DNA of 64,000 bases from the human T2T-CHM13v2.0 reference genome, Homo sapiens. The position numbers and the translations under genes were made by a program. The stretch is taken from NCBI RefSeq assembly GCF_009914755.1, contig NC_060930.1; one strand, written 5' to 3'. How positions within the stretch are numbered: the first letter of the stretch is position 1; each line of letters opens with the position of its first letter. Positions 31,954-47,390 of the stretch are shown here, in pieces. The notes under the pieces were generated by a model. The model ran no database searches. It had not been told where the DNA came from and worked only from the letters and a program-made list of their open reading frames with translations.

Positions 31954-32096
31954 CTTGCTGACTTTAAACAGTCTCTCCTCGGTGTTCTCCTTGTCAAACT
32001 GTTCATCCCAGTTTCCTCTGAAATAGACAGCATTCACCAGAACCAGCCTTGTCAATGGATCCACTGAGCCCGGAGAGAGCAACTCCGCAATTTTAC
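31954..32096 (-). CDS. SERPINB6: SERPINB6 exon 5 (ends at a GC donor)
   Basis: TCAG|GTAAAATT...AGCAAG|GCGAGT; (G)[47 protein letters not shown]; 143 nt. This boundary keeps frame with exon 6. Confidence 0.95.
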
Positions 32097-32439
32097 CTGA
32101 GCGGAAGAATTCAAGACCGCGTTAGATAGGGGCGGCTGCGGATCCCCGACACATCAGGAATCGGCTGGGGCCTTCTCCTTCAGCAGTCAAGTGCACGGAT
32201 AGAGAGTTCCACTGTCCCCCAAATATAAAGGGATACGTGTCCTTAAAGCAAAACAACAAAATCTTCTGGTACGAAAAACATCATCAATTGAATAAAACAC
32301 ACAAAGTGAACAAATATGCGTTAATTATGCAGGATGAGTTCCTAACACATGAGATAAGAAGCAATCATGGGTGCCTATGACTTAAAGACAAGAACTTAAA
32401 GGATTATCAAAAAGGTGGGCAGTCAGAAGATGTTCTTTA

Positions 32440-33046
<607 letters not shown>

Positions 33047-33501
33047 GTTTAAATTAAGAACCACAGATAGACCAGGGCGTGACCCAGTGTCCCACAGCAA
33101 TGCATGGCAACTGTAGACTGTGCTACCCAAGAGGGAGGCAGCTTGAGATCCACACTGCGAATTTTTTATGTTACTTGTGAAAGGAAAAACTATATTAACA
33201 TTAACACACTAACCCCCTCCTCAAAATTAAAACGTGGATTGATCCAGAAGAGGTATACCAAACACTGAAAGGCATCACGGGTACACCAAGGAAATAGGGA
33301 GAAATCAGAGAGAACAGAACACATTGAGCATTTCCAAAATGTCAAATAATGGCAACTGATTTCAGAAGCAGATTTTTTAAGTTTGCAGTTATTCAGAGAA
33401 AAAAAAATCATTCCTGTTTACAATTGACAGTCTTGTGAAGGAACTGACAATAAAATGGATTAAGAGGTTATTACAAAAGTAGAATAACAATACATTTTCA
33501 C

Positions 33502-33619
33502 CTTCTGTCTTTTCAGCTACCCAGGTGTTTATGTGTTTTCTGGACTTCTCTACGGCGCTGATAAAGTCAAGCTCCTCCATCTCTGCTTGGTAGAATTTTT
33601 GGCAGGAATCTCTAAAAGA
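33502..33619 (-). CDS. SERPINB6: SERPINB6 exon 4
   Basis: CCTAG|TCTTTTAGA...GAAG|GTGAAA; [39 protein letters not shown](G); 118 nt. Confidence 0.97.
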
Positions 33620-33817
33620 CTAGGATAGACAGAGTGACATAACTGCCTGGCTACAAAAATGATGAACACCAACGGCCTACTTCTTCATTGCACCAAGTCA
33701 GAAAATCTATAATTTTATGATTGACATACATAATTTACAAATAAATATGAGGACTTAACCTAAACTACAACTTCCTAGCTTTAGCTATATTTAATCCTAG
33801 CTTAAAAACTAAGTCAA

Positions 33818-34170
<353 letters not shown>

Positions 34171-34433
34171 TCACCAACTGCTGGATCCTTTAAGGGAGCA
34201 GCCATGCATCAAGGAGCTGCCTGACAAGATGCTGACAAGACACTTCAAAAGCGTGAAGTAGATCCACCTTATTGAAATGCAGAGAATTTAAAACATATTG
34301 GCAGGTGAAAAGAAATTACAAAAGCCTATGTATGGCATAATGGCATTTAGAGCCACACGCTTCCTGCTGGGCCCCAGCCCCCACTACCTGGCCACCTTTA
34401 TTTCTTTAGTGAATAAGAGCAAGTATGACTTAC

Positions 34434-34580
34434 TGAGAGGAAATCACAAGACTTTTCCCCAAAGAGCCTGTTGGCCATCCTAAGCAAGTACTGCGTGCCA
34501 GTCTTGTTCACTTCGGTGAGAAGAGACTGGAAGCCCTGGTGGATGTCTCCACCACCGCCACTTTTATTGAAAGAAAGTAT
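34434..34580 (-). CDS. SERPINB6: SERPINB6 exon 3, aa 56-104
   Basis: TTTCAG|ATACTTTCTTTC...CTCTCA|GTAAGT; translates [49 protein letters not shown]; 147 nt. Read manually, not in the ORF track. Confidence 0.97.
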
Positions 34581-34661
34581 CTGAAATCAAAAACAGAATG
34601 AAAACAAATCATTCCTGTATGCTCTGACTTCAGGAAATGGGGCAACCCCAAACTCAGCCTA

Positions 34662-35008
<347 letters not shown>

Positions 35009-35149
35009 TTAAAGGCCAGAAGGGTCTTGAAAGCCCCTCCCTGTACCCTGTCTGTGCTGGCATGAGCTGCAACGCCCTCCACAAACCCAGGCTCCTGATG
35101 CTCAGTACTTGGAGTCTGGTGGCAAACAAGGGTGCCAACCAGACCTCCT

Positions 35150-37215
<2,066 letters not shown>

Positions 37216-38077
37216 AACCACCAGGTCCAGAGGGCAGACCACAGCAGTCACGGGTGGCCTCGACCAGCTACATCTGTGGTGTGCGCACCCTCTCTCAACC
37301 CCTCTCAGGCGCGGAGACGCCTCTGCCTTTGGCAGTGGGGCCTTGGCAAGCAGGACACAGGCGGGGACGTGATGGGTACTTGTTTCAAGCCTGTCTTCTG
37401 CGAGCACTTCCTCTCAGAACCCAGCCGCCAGGCCTACGGAAGCCCAGGCAACGCTGCTGAAGGAAGCATGTGGAAGGCCCCAGCGGAGAAGGCCACGGAG
37501 AAGACGCCCAGCGCCCCGCTGAGCCCCCGCTGACGCAGCCCACAAGGGACCCACCCAGTGCCAAGTGGTGCAGAAGCACCACTCAATCCACCCAGATTCA
37601 ACAACCAGGAAAGCTGCTAAGCTGGGAGAGCTGGTTACACAACAACAAATAACCAGAACGCTACTGAAAACATGTTTAGCTGACAAATGCCATTCTAAGA
37701 AGGCTTTACGCGTAAATGAGAAAATAAAGACTCCTAACAACCAACAAGCAGATGACAGTACCCAAAGATCATCACAGGACTCAACCTGAACCTTGTGACT
37801 TTACAACCATCTACAAACTCACGAACAAGCTAAGCCATGTGATGATGAAATCATTCATTCCTCTGAATCGGGCGCCCCCTCTCCACCCCAGGGGGTCAGT
37901 CAGGGTGTTGTCCCCAGGGTGCTCCAGCATGGGTGGCATGCCCTTCCCTGTAAACTCGCCACCCACACCCTGCAATACTGCACAGTCATCCGTCTCGAGC
38001 GATCCCTTTGGGATTTGGAATAAGGAGGACCAGCTAACTTGACAGTTAATAGCACCATGGCTGCCCTGAAGCTGTAC

Positions 38078-38242
38078 CTGGGCCATCTGTGCAGCGGTGT
38101 TTCCCTTTGCCCCCATGTAGACCATGGCCAGGGCACAGGACATGCTCATGGGTGAGAAAAACACATTCTTCGAGTTGTCTTTACCCAGTGTTTTCAAAAG
38201 GTTTAAGGCAAAGGTGCCATTTGCTTCTGCGAGAACATCCAT
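38078..38242 (-). CDS. SERPINB6: SERPINB6 coding exon (exon 2), aa 1-55; exon begins at 38252 with 10 nt of 5'UTR
   Basis: Translates [55 protein letters not shown]. Acceptor CAG|GTCTGCCATCATG, donor CAG|GTACAG; 165 nt. Confidence 0.98.
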
Positions 38243-39634
38243 GATGGCAGACCTGGAACAAGATTTAAAATCAGTATCACTTAAGCACAGCTTCCACGCG
38301 ACTGCATCTCACGCGCCTTACCGACAGTCACCGCCGATGCTGTGGTTCAGTGGGCAAGCAGAAACACACACAGAACTCTGGCTGTTTCTTTTTAGGACCC
38401 TCCACATTATTTTGTGTGTTTCTAATGTTAAGTGTGGAAAATGAAAGAGTTCTATGTGAAACGCCGCCCTGTTTTGTGAGGACTCCTCCCTGCACGCCTG
38501 CCCACACGTGGAGAAAGTGGGAAGGAGGCACCCTTTCCTGGAGTCTCTTCCTTGGGGTGGAATTACAGAAGGGGCACTGGCTTTTGCTTCTATGTTTGTA
38601 TTCTTTGGTGTGTTTTGCGGGCTTAAATGTACTGTTTTAATTTGAAAAACATTCAAAATGATACATTCACTGACAGTTACACAAGAAAAGATGGCCAAAT
38701 GTTTTTATAATGAGAGAGAGAATCCCATTTCTGGGTAGCAAGAGCCTTAAAAAAGGATCAATCAAGCCACATACAAAGATGCGTGAAAGCCTTTCAAATG
38801 CCTCCTGACCCTTGGATCTCCTTCTAGGAAATCCCTGCAGGTGGCAAAGCCCCAATTTTGGACCACGCTTGGGGACATCCTGCTGCAACAAGCCAGGCCT
38901 TCCTGCGCCTGAACTCACAGCACACTCAGGACACCACCTTGCCTCATGGGCTGTGGGTGCATGCCCATCTCCACCTTCACAGACAGGCTCAGGGGTAGGG
39001 TCAGGCTGCACATCTCTCTAGCCCTGCCGTGCAGTGGGTGTGGCAGCCCCAGCAGGGTCCAGAGCAGGAATGCAGCTGGATAGTCGGGAGGGGGGAGCTG
39101 GGGTATCTTCAGGCAAGTCGGAATCACAGAATCACATGTTAAAGTCCACCAAGCCCTTAGAGAGACCTACCATCAATGCCCCACTGCACTACAGGGAAGG
39201 TGAAGTTGACGGAAGTGAAGCTAAGAAGTAGCTGGGCTTGAAACGCAGGGCGGATGCGCTTTCTGAGCTGCTGCTCAAGAAGAAGAATCTGCAGAATCAG
39301 GTGAGAGGACAAGGGGCAGCTAAGGGCCCCACAGGCAGTCAGGCTGGGAAGGAGGGGATGCAGGAATGCAGGGATGCGGGGCCTGCCTGCTCTGACACAG
39401 TTCTCAGATGTTTACCAAATGAATATGTCCCAGTCAGAGAATGCCAGCATTCTAAGACAGTCCCAGTGACTCACTTGAGCAGTGAGTGGGAACCCACGGA
39501 ACAAGGAAGGGGAGAAGCTGGAGCAGACATTTCCTGGAGCAGATGGGAGAGGGAAGGAGGTGCCTACTGGAGGCCCTGTGAGGAGATGCTGAATTAAGCG
39601 GCTCTCCACTGTGCATGCCTTTACATTTGGAGCT

Positions 39635-40095
39635 GGGGTTGGCTGAGCAAGTGCTCCAAAGATACCTAGGTCATAATCCCTGGGACCTGTGAATGCCCCT
39701 TACATGGCAAAAGGGACGGTGCAGCACGATTAGATTCAGGCTCTTGAGATGGGAGATTATCCTGGATTGTTCCAGTTGACCCTAAATGTAATCACAGGTA
39801 TCCTTCTAAGAGGGAGGGAGGGGGAGATCTCACGGGAAAAAGCAATGCAAAGAATAAAGCAAAATGCCACTCCACTGGCCTTGAAGATGAAGGGCCTCAA
39901 GCCAAGAAACGCAAGGACCACAGCTGCAGTAGCTGGAAAGGCAAGGAGGATCCTCTGGAGGAGCCTGGCCCTGCGGAACCCATTTCCAACCTCCAACCTC
40001 AGAACTCTGAGAAAATAAACATGTGCAGTTTAGCCACGAATCCATGGTCATTTGTTACAGCAGCCACGGGAAACCAAGACAATAACTCATACACC
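39635..40095 (+). mobile_element. MLT1D-like MaLR LTR
   Basis: CCCTGGGACCTGTGAATGCCCCTTACATGGCAAAAGGGAC...GAGATGGGAGATTATCCTGGATT signature. Confidence 0.65.
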
Positions 40096-41136
40096 TGATA
40101 AAGCTTGTTTGCTGTGCTTGTTTAAATATTTTGTTTTCAAACTCTTCTTTATTCATTACACAGAATACTTGGGGCACTGGGCACTCCTGGCTTGCCAAGC
40201 CTTTCCAAACATATTTTAAGATTACTAATTTCTAATAAAAGGACAATAGAAAGTACATATTACTAAAATTCTTCTGAATATAAGGGAGTCTTTGATGATA
40301 CATAAATAAATCCAGGATTCCGCAGAGCCCTGGGAACACCAGTATAAACAAAAGTAGCCATTACACGGAACTGAAGCAAAATTGGGCCTATTTTTGGTTC
40401 TTTGGATTCTAGATCACAAGAACTGCCCGCTTATCAACTTGAAGAGAAACAATTGGTAAAACAGGGAAACTTCTAGGTTAAGAATAAGAAAAGAGGAGAT
40501 GCCCCAAAGCAAGAAGCACAGCCTGTGAAGTCCGTGTCTCAGGACTCAAAGCCAGCAGACACCCTGACACGTGGGGTTTTCCCTGGCCTGGGGACATGGA
40601 CTTCTGTCTTTGTCCCCAAGAGGGCTCAGCCCACGTGGAGAGGCTGCCAGGTGAGATGGCTCCTCCATAAACCAAAAAAAAAAGACAGAGGTTAAGTACC
40701 ATGTCAGCTGGCCAGGGGAAGGTCCCACATGCTCCCCCAACCCCATCCTAGACTATTCTACCGTCAGCACACGTTTTCCCCTCAAATGCTGAAGGACTCT
40801 TACGCTTTTTTTTTTGTAGAGACAAGGTTCTTGCCACCTTGCCCAGGCTGCTCTCCAACGCCTGGCCTCAAGTGATCTTCCTGCCTCAGCCTCCCAAGGT
40901 GCTGAGATTACAGCCATGCACCACGCCCAGCCTAAAGGACTTTTAATTCAAATGGAAATGTCCACCTAAGAAAGGCTAATAATAAAACACTCCGTCTCCG
41001 GTAATATCCCGGAGAATCTGTTTCAGGCGCTGATCTTTATATCAGTAACTTCAACAAAGCAAAGCCACCTTTGTCTGAAGACACGCCCACTGGGGAGGTG
41101 CCTGTCTGGCCAGCCCAGGTTACACCATCTGGGGCA

Positions 41137-41315
41137 GAGGAGAAGTCGGTGCACATGAGTTTCACTGTGTCAGGGGATTTAATTTGAAATACTGAACTGG
41201 AGAAACCAAAGCAGGATATTCGGAGGAGAAGTCAGTGCACATGAGTTTTACTGTGTCAGGGGATTTAATCTGAAACACTGAACTGGAGAAACCAGACCAG
41301 GATATTCGGAGGAGA
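41137..41315. repeat. 86-bp direct tandem duplication (about 93% identical)
   Basis: GAGGAGAAGTC(G/A)GTGCACATGAG... starts at 41137 and 41223; 6 mismatches by manual count. Confidence 0.92.
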
Positions 41316-42492
41316 TGGCACGAGTCAGGAGGAAGACAGGGTCTCTAGTCCTGGCTCTGGTACCCTGGGCAAATCACTGGACTCCTGATACCAGTTTCCT
41401 CTCTGTATGAGGAAAAGCATATACCAGATAATCTGGGTTCCCTTCCATCTCTAACATTCAATAATTGTTAATACCAAATGCAGAAGGAAGAGCAAAAATG
41501 TAGCTCAATTTTCAAAGCCCACAGTGAGGTCAGTAATGATATTCCATTTCTTAGTTGAAAACACTGCTGACAGCCGTGAAAGGTAAAATTCTATCTATGC
41601 CTTACATAAAAATTGCTGAGCAACAAAGAAACAATAAATCAAGGATGTCCTAGAGATTTAATTTTCTTAGCAGAAACTATGTTAGTCATTAAATAACTGA
41701 ATATCCTACTCCTGATAAACACCCTTACGTCAAACAGCAAGTGGTACTTCCCATGCTTCCTTAACAAGGTAAGAATTACCTACTTCAGCAGCCACCAGCA
41801 CAGCTGATGATAGAACATTAGTCCCTTAACTCCCCAAACAGGAACAAGATAAAAATATCTGTCGTCCCAACCTTGTGTAACTTTGTTCAGATAGTTCTGG
41901 CAAAGGCAAATACAACTCATGAAACATAATGAGAAAGGAGATTGTCAGAAAGGAGACAAAATGAGCACAGTTAGCAAACAATTTGATGGTCTACCCAAAA
42001 AGCAGCCAGAATCAGTAAAATACTCTTAAAACTGAAAAATAATGGCGTAACTGGGCTACTAAAAAAATAGGAAAAACAGACCCCCGTAGAAACACGTGCA
42101 AAGGACATTAACAAATTTACCCCCAAAAAAGAAAGACAATAGCTAATAATTATATTTAAAAGTTTCAACTTCAGAAAAAAATATCACTTTTTTGATATAT
42201 ACTATGTGCTAGGTCCACACTGAAAGACCCTTACCCTCTGAGATAGCTGCTGAGAACACCTACGTTTTATAAGCAAAGAAATCGGGCCTTAGCTCTTTAA
42301 GTACCATGTCTCCAGAGAACCCAGGGCAACAATGGCAGAATGACGGCTGGAAGCCAGGACCGCATGGCTCTGTAGTTCACTCTCTTAACACCATGGTGCA
42401 CAGCCTTCCCAAAAAGCAATGGTGGAGAGTACATTAAAGATGCCTTTTCAAACCATGAACCTTGCAAATACAAAAACAATTCATGCTAATAC

Positions 42493-43048
42493 TGACAAAG
42501 ACAGGCAATCCTTCTCACGCCATGCAAGTAATACGGAGGCAGCAGGGACAGAGCTTGGCCCGTACCCACTCCCGTATTTTCCATACATCCCCCACGCCAT
42601 CACACCTGCCCACCAGACCATGCAAACCAGGGAGGGAAACAAGATAAGCCATGTTCCACCCCAAATCTTACCCAAGGGAGTTAAGCCTGATGCCCACATG
42701 CATACAGGATCAGAACGACGATCCTGACCTCTTGCCTTGTTGTATTACTAAAACCCTCTCCTCAGGGGCTCATCTGCCATGCCCTGATCATGACACATCT
42801 GTGCTAACATGATGTTCCCCGGTGCCTGCCACTAGCGTGTGTAATGCTGCTGACACACCTCATGACTATCCATGTCACCCTAAAACACCAGGAACACCTG
42901 TCCCGAGGGCCAGCCCGGGAACTCCTGCCCCTGTGCCGCTGCCCTCCTGCTCCAGCATAAGCCCATTATAAAGCCTTGTCTGGGACACTTTCTCTGTCTC
43001 ATGTCAATTTCCACTGCATGAGAATCTAAGAACCCACGATCAGTAACA
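42493..43048 (+). mobile_element. Solo LTR (4-bp TSD, ERV1-class), family unassigned
   Basis: TG...CA ends; TSD ATAC at 42489-42492 and 43049-43052; U5-like end AAGAACCCACGATCAGTAACA. Confidence 0.6.
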
Positions 43049-45318
43049 ATACTGTAAATTGGTACACCAGTATTTCCTGAGTATGATTTAGAATTATGTC
43101 AAAAATAAAAGTAAAATACAATAAAGTGAAGGAAGAAAAGAAAATGTCATGGAAACATTCATACTATCTGAATTAAAAATTCCACTTCTAGGAATTTCAC
43201 TGAAGGTAAAACTCACAGGTTTTGTACATAATAAAACATTATGTACAACATTATGGGATATAAATAGGGCTAATAATAATAAAAATCACAGTAATGACAT
43301 GGGAATACACAAGATTACATTAAAAAAGATATAAAACTATACATACAATTTAAATTTATCCATGTAAATTAGGAAAAAAGGTAAGTGTAGGCACAATTTA
43401 CAGACAGAATAGAGGGAAATACTATACACCAAATGTTTCTAACGGTAATTTTTATGTTTTTTGTGTTTTTCTGGATTTTCACATTTTCTATAGCATATAA
43501 TTTATGGAGGGGGTTGGTTAACTCTTCTTTTTATGAAATTACTATATATACATTCAGTTTAAAAATCAGGTGGTGTTAAAAGAGATGTTATAAAAGACAA
43601 CAAGCTCCTTCTCAGCCCTCCCAACTCCCCAGAAGCAATCACTTCCAAACCCTTTGCTCTTTCTTCTGGTATTTACCACCATATTTCTACATAACGTGTA
43701 TACTACTATTTTTGACCTAATAACTTTATCATGTTTTATTTTATGTATGTATTTATTTTTATTAGGGTAGGGGTCTCACGCTGTCGCCCAGGCTGGAATG
43801 CAGTTGCATGATCACGGCCCACTGCAGCCTCGAACTCCTGGCCTCAAGCAATCCTTTAGCGTCAGCCTCCTAAAGTGCTGGAACTACAGGCACCCGGCCA
43901 AATTCTAGACATTATCTATTGCCTTCCTAATCTAGAGGCCGAGGGCCCGGTCCCGATCCACAGGTTTGCTTTATTATCACTAAATAGCATTCGATGCTAA
44001 GCCAGGTGGTGGGATGGGAACCCATTTCCTTTTTATGTAATGCTGATTTGCCTTATATTAATAGTGCCTTTCCCCCCTTTCCTTAGTTTTCTATGTACTA
44101 TGTATTTTCAAATTCTCCCCAAATGTTCTACAGGTCAGTCAAACCCTTTCAGTACTTTTTTCATATGCTTCGACACAAGGAATAATCTACCAGCTGCATT
44201 TTCCTCTCCCTCCGTCTGTCACCATGCTGCTGAGCATGCGCGACTTTCACGCCGAAGAGAAATGTTCATAGACGGGGACAAGTTTCCCTACTATAATACA
44301 TGGCCAATTTATAGTTTGGCAGGCTGGTCAGACTAATTTTTTTTCTCAAACACAGCACATTGCTTACAGGGCAAAGAAATTATTTTTTCTTATTTAAGTG
44401 TTGATGACATATTTTAATATGTCTAATTTTTTAATGCTTTATGCAAACTTACAAATTGCACAAACCTTAGTAGACTTTTGAACTTCTACAAATCTGATAA
44501 ATCAAGACATATAAATCTAGTAAGCTAGCCTCTCCTAAGACTTTCAAACAGTACAATGATTACAAAACTTATTTCTATACCTGTACTTATGTCTAGCAAA
44601 AGTTATTCATTAATATCACAGATTTAATTATTTTATCTTTGTTATATTTTCCTATTCCTTTCCTAAGGTAACACTAATGCTTATTTTAACAGTTTCCTAT
44701 GGGGAAAATTAATCTTATGGGGTTAAATCCTAAGGGATCATCCCTTTCTGTAAAAACAGGGTGGGGCTCCCTGGTTCATGGTCTTTGTGCATCAAAGCAG
44801 TTTCTCAGCACAGGGCACACACTCTTTGATGCCAAGCATATCTGACTAGTTAGGGCAGCTTTGAGCTCCAATCCTGCCTTCACTGAGATTTTATAAGGCC
44901 TCAACCAAACACCAAATTTCAGTGTCTTGTAGCCTGATGTCCTTCCTTAAAATGAAATACGGAGTTTTCCTCTATCTGAGTTGCATAGACCAGTGTTGTA
45001 TGGTATAACTTGGTCTTTTTGTTGAATGTTTAGGCCTTTAAGTTGGTTTTTACAACTACTGTGTTTGTTAGCCCAGGAAGCTATAATAACTAAACTTTTT
45101 CCATAGCAATCCTAGACACAGTGCAAACATTACTGAATTCTTTTGTGCCTTTTTAAGGCTCATCTTGTTTGCCTCATCTGAACTTATTAATGAGCTTGGG
45201 CTTTTTACAAACAATATATTTCAATTTGCTGATGTTTTTTTTTTCTTCTTGTTCTAATTGGCTGGTGGGAATCTCTTTAAATTAGTTACTTTCCCTCCAA
45301 ACACACTTACTTTATATG

Positions 45319-45641
45319 CAGGAGTCCCCAGCAGATCCGTCTGTGGTCTGTTAGGAATTGGGCCACGCAGCAGGAGGTGAGCAGCAGGTGAGCGAACATC
45401 ACCGCCTGAGCTCCACCTCCTGTTAGGTCAGTGGCAGCGTTGGAGTCTTGTAGGAGAGTGAACCTACGGTGAACTGTGCACGTGGTGATCTCGGTTGCAT
45501 GCTGCGTATGAGAATCGAATGCCTGATGATCTGAGGTGGAACAGTTTTATCTTGAAACCATACCCCCAACTTTATCAGTGGAAAAACTGTCTTCCACAAA
45601 ACCAGTCTGGTCCCTGGTGCCAAAAAGGTTGGGGACCATTG
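45319..45641 (+). mobile_element. MER1B-like hAT-Charlie MITE
   Basis: CAGGAGTCCCCA...GGTCCCTGGTGCCAAAAAGGTTGGGGACCATTG. Confidence 0.78.
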
Positions 45642-46151
45642 CTTTAAAGCAACAGCAAAGTCTTACCAAACCATTTTAGATTTTTCTAGTCCAAAGACTA
45701 GATATGATAGGTGCACACCACCACGCCCAGTTCATTTTTATTTTTTGTAGAGACAGGGTCTCGCTCGGTGGCCGAGGCTGGTCCCAAACTCCCGGCCTCA
45801 AGCTATCTTTCCACGTTGGCTTCCCAAAGTGCTGGGATTATAGGCATGAGCCACCAAGCCTAGCTTGGGAAAAAAATGTAAGGCACTTGCTGATTTCCTC
45901 CAGACTGGCTCTTTGTTCTCTTTTTCTGTCAAGTACAAAACTCTTAGACTGATATCATCTGGGACTTCTCACCTTTCTCCAGGCTGTGACACACACAGAA
46001 AATGATGTTTGTATGTCACTTTGGGGCCAGGCTACTCACCCCAAAGGTGACCAGTGCAGAGCTCCAGCCACCCAGACTCCTCGAGTTGGAGGGATCTGTT
46101 AACCTGCCCAGGGCACAACACCCACACACAAGTTAGAAAGTTCTGCTCTGG

Positions 46152-47390
46152 AAGACTGAAACTGGACCCCTTCCTTACATACACCATGTACAAAAATCAA
46201 CTCAAGATGGATTAAAGGCTTAGATGTAAAAGCCAAAACTATAAAAAACCCTGGAAGACAATCTAGGCAATACCATTCTGGACATAGGAACAGGCAAAGA
46301 TTTCATGACAAAGATGCCAAATGCAATCACAACAAAAGCAAAAATTGACAAATAGGATCTAATTAAACTTAAGCACTCCTGCACAGCAAAAGAAACTATC
46401 AACAGAGTAAACAGCCAACCTACGGAATGGGAGAAAATATTCACAAACTATGCATCTGACAAAGGTCAAATATCCAGCATCTATATGGAACTTAAACAAA
46501 TTTACAAGAAGAAAACAAACAACTCCATTAAAAAGAAGGCAAAGGACATGAACAGACACTTTTCAAAAGAAGACATTCATGCAGCCAACAGCCATAAGAA
46601 AAAAGGCTCAGTATCACTGATCATTAGAGAAATGCAAATCAAAACCACAATGAGATACCATCTCACGCCAGTCAGAATGGCTATTATTAAAAAGTCAAAA
46701 ATTAAGAGATACTGGCAAGGTTGTGGAGAAAAGGGAACACTTACACACTGCTGGTGGGTGTGTAAAACAGTTCAACCATTGGGGAAAGCAGTGTGGCGAT
46801 TCCTCAGAGCTAAAAACAGAACTACCATTCAACCCAGCAATCCCATTACTGAGTATACAACCAGAGGAGAGAGGAATAGAAATCATTCTCCCATAAAGAT
46901 ACACGCACGCGAATGTTCACCGCAGCACTATTCACAATAGCAAAGACATGGAATCAACCTAAATGCCCATGCATGGCAGATGGGATAAAGAAATCGTGGT
47001 ACATATACACCATGGAATACTATGCAACCATAAAAAAGAATGAGATCATGTGTTTTGCAGAAACATGGATGGGGCTGGAGGCCATTATCCTTAGCAAACA
47101 CACGCAGGGAACAGAATACCAAATACCGCATGTTCTCACTTATGAGTGGAAGCTAAATGATGAGAACGTGGACACAAAGAGGGGAGCAACAAACACTGGG
47201 TCCTATCAGAGGGTGGAGGGTGAAGGGTGGGAGGAGGGAGAGGAAAAAATAACTATTGGGTACTAGGCTTAGTACCTGGGGGATGAAATAACCTGCACAA
47301 CAACCTGCGACATGAGTTTACCTATGTCACAAACCTGCGTATGTATCCTGAACCTAAATAGAGGTTTAAAAGGTTAAAAAAAAAAGAAGA
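46152..47390 (+). mobile_element. L1 3' fragment (ORF2 C-terminus, 3'UTR, A tail)
   Basis: ORF 46485-46940 contains [25 protein letters not shown] (L1 ORF2p); frameshifted. Confidence 0.92.

Noticed and set aside
34476-34478. Met at SERPINB6 codon 90
   Set aside because: As I recall this is a common M/V polymorphic site; the CDS is intact with no disabling change.
37811-38077. Extension of the exon 2 ORF to 143 aa
   Set aside because: Read-through past the CAG|GTACAG donor into intron 2; serpin similarity stops at AQMAQ.
40700-40746. Possible alternative first exon MGLGEHVGPSPGQLTW, in frame with exon 2
   Set aside because: The frame fits but the donor (TG|GTACTT) is weak and there is no promoter evidence, so it could be coincidence.
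46485-47266. L1 ORF2 fragments as a possible active element
   Set aside because: 5'-truncated to about 1.2 kb and frameshifted, so inactive.
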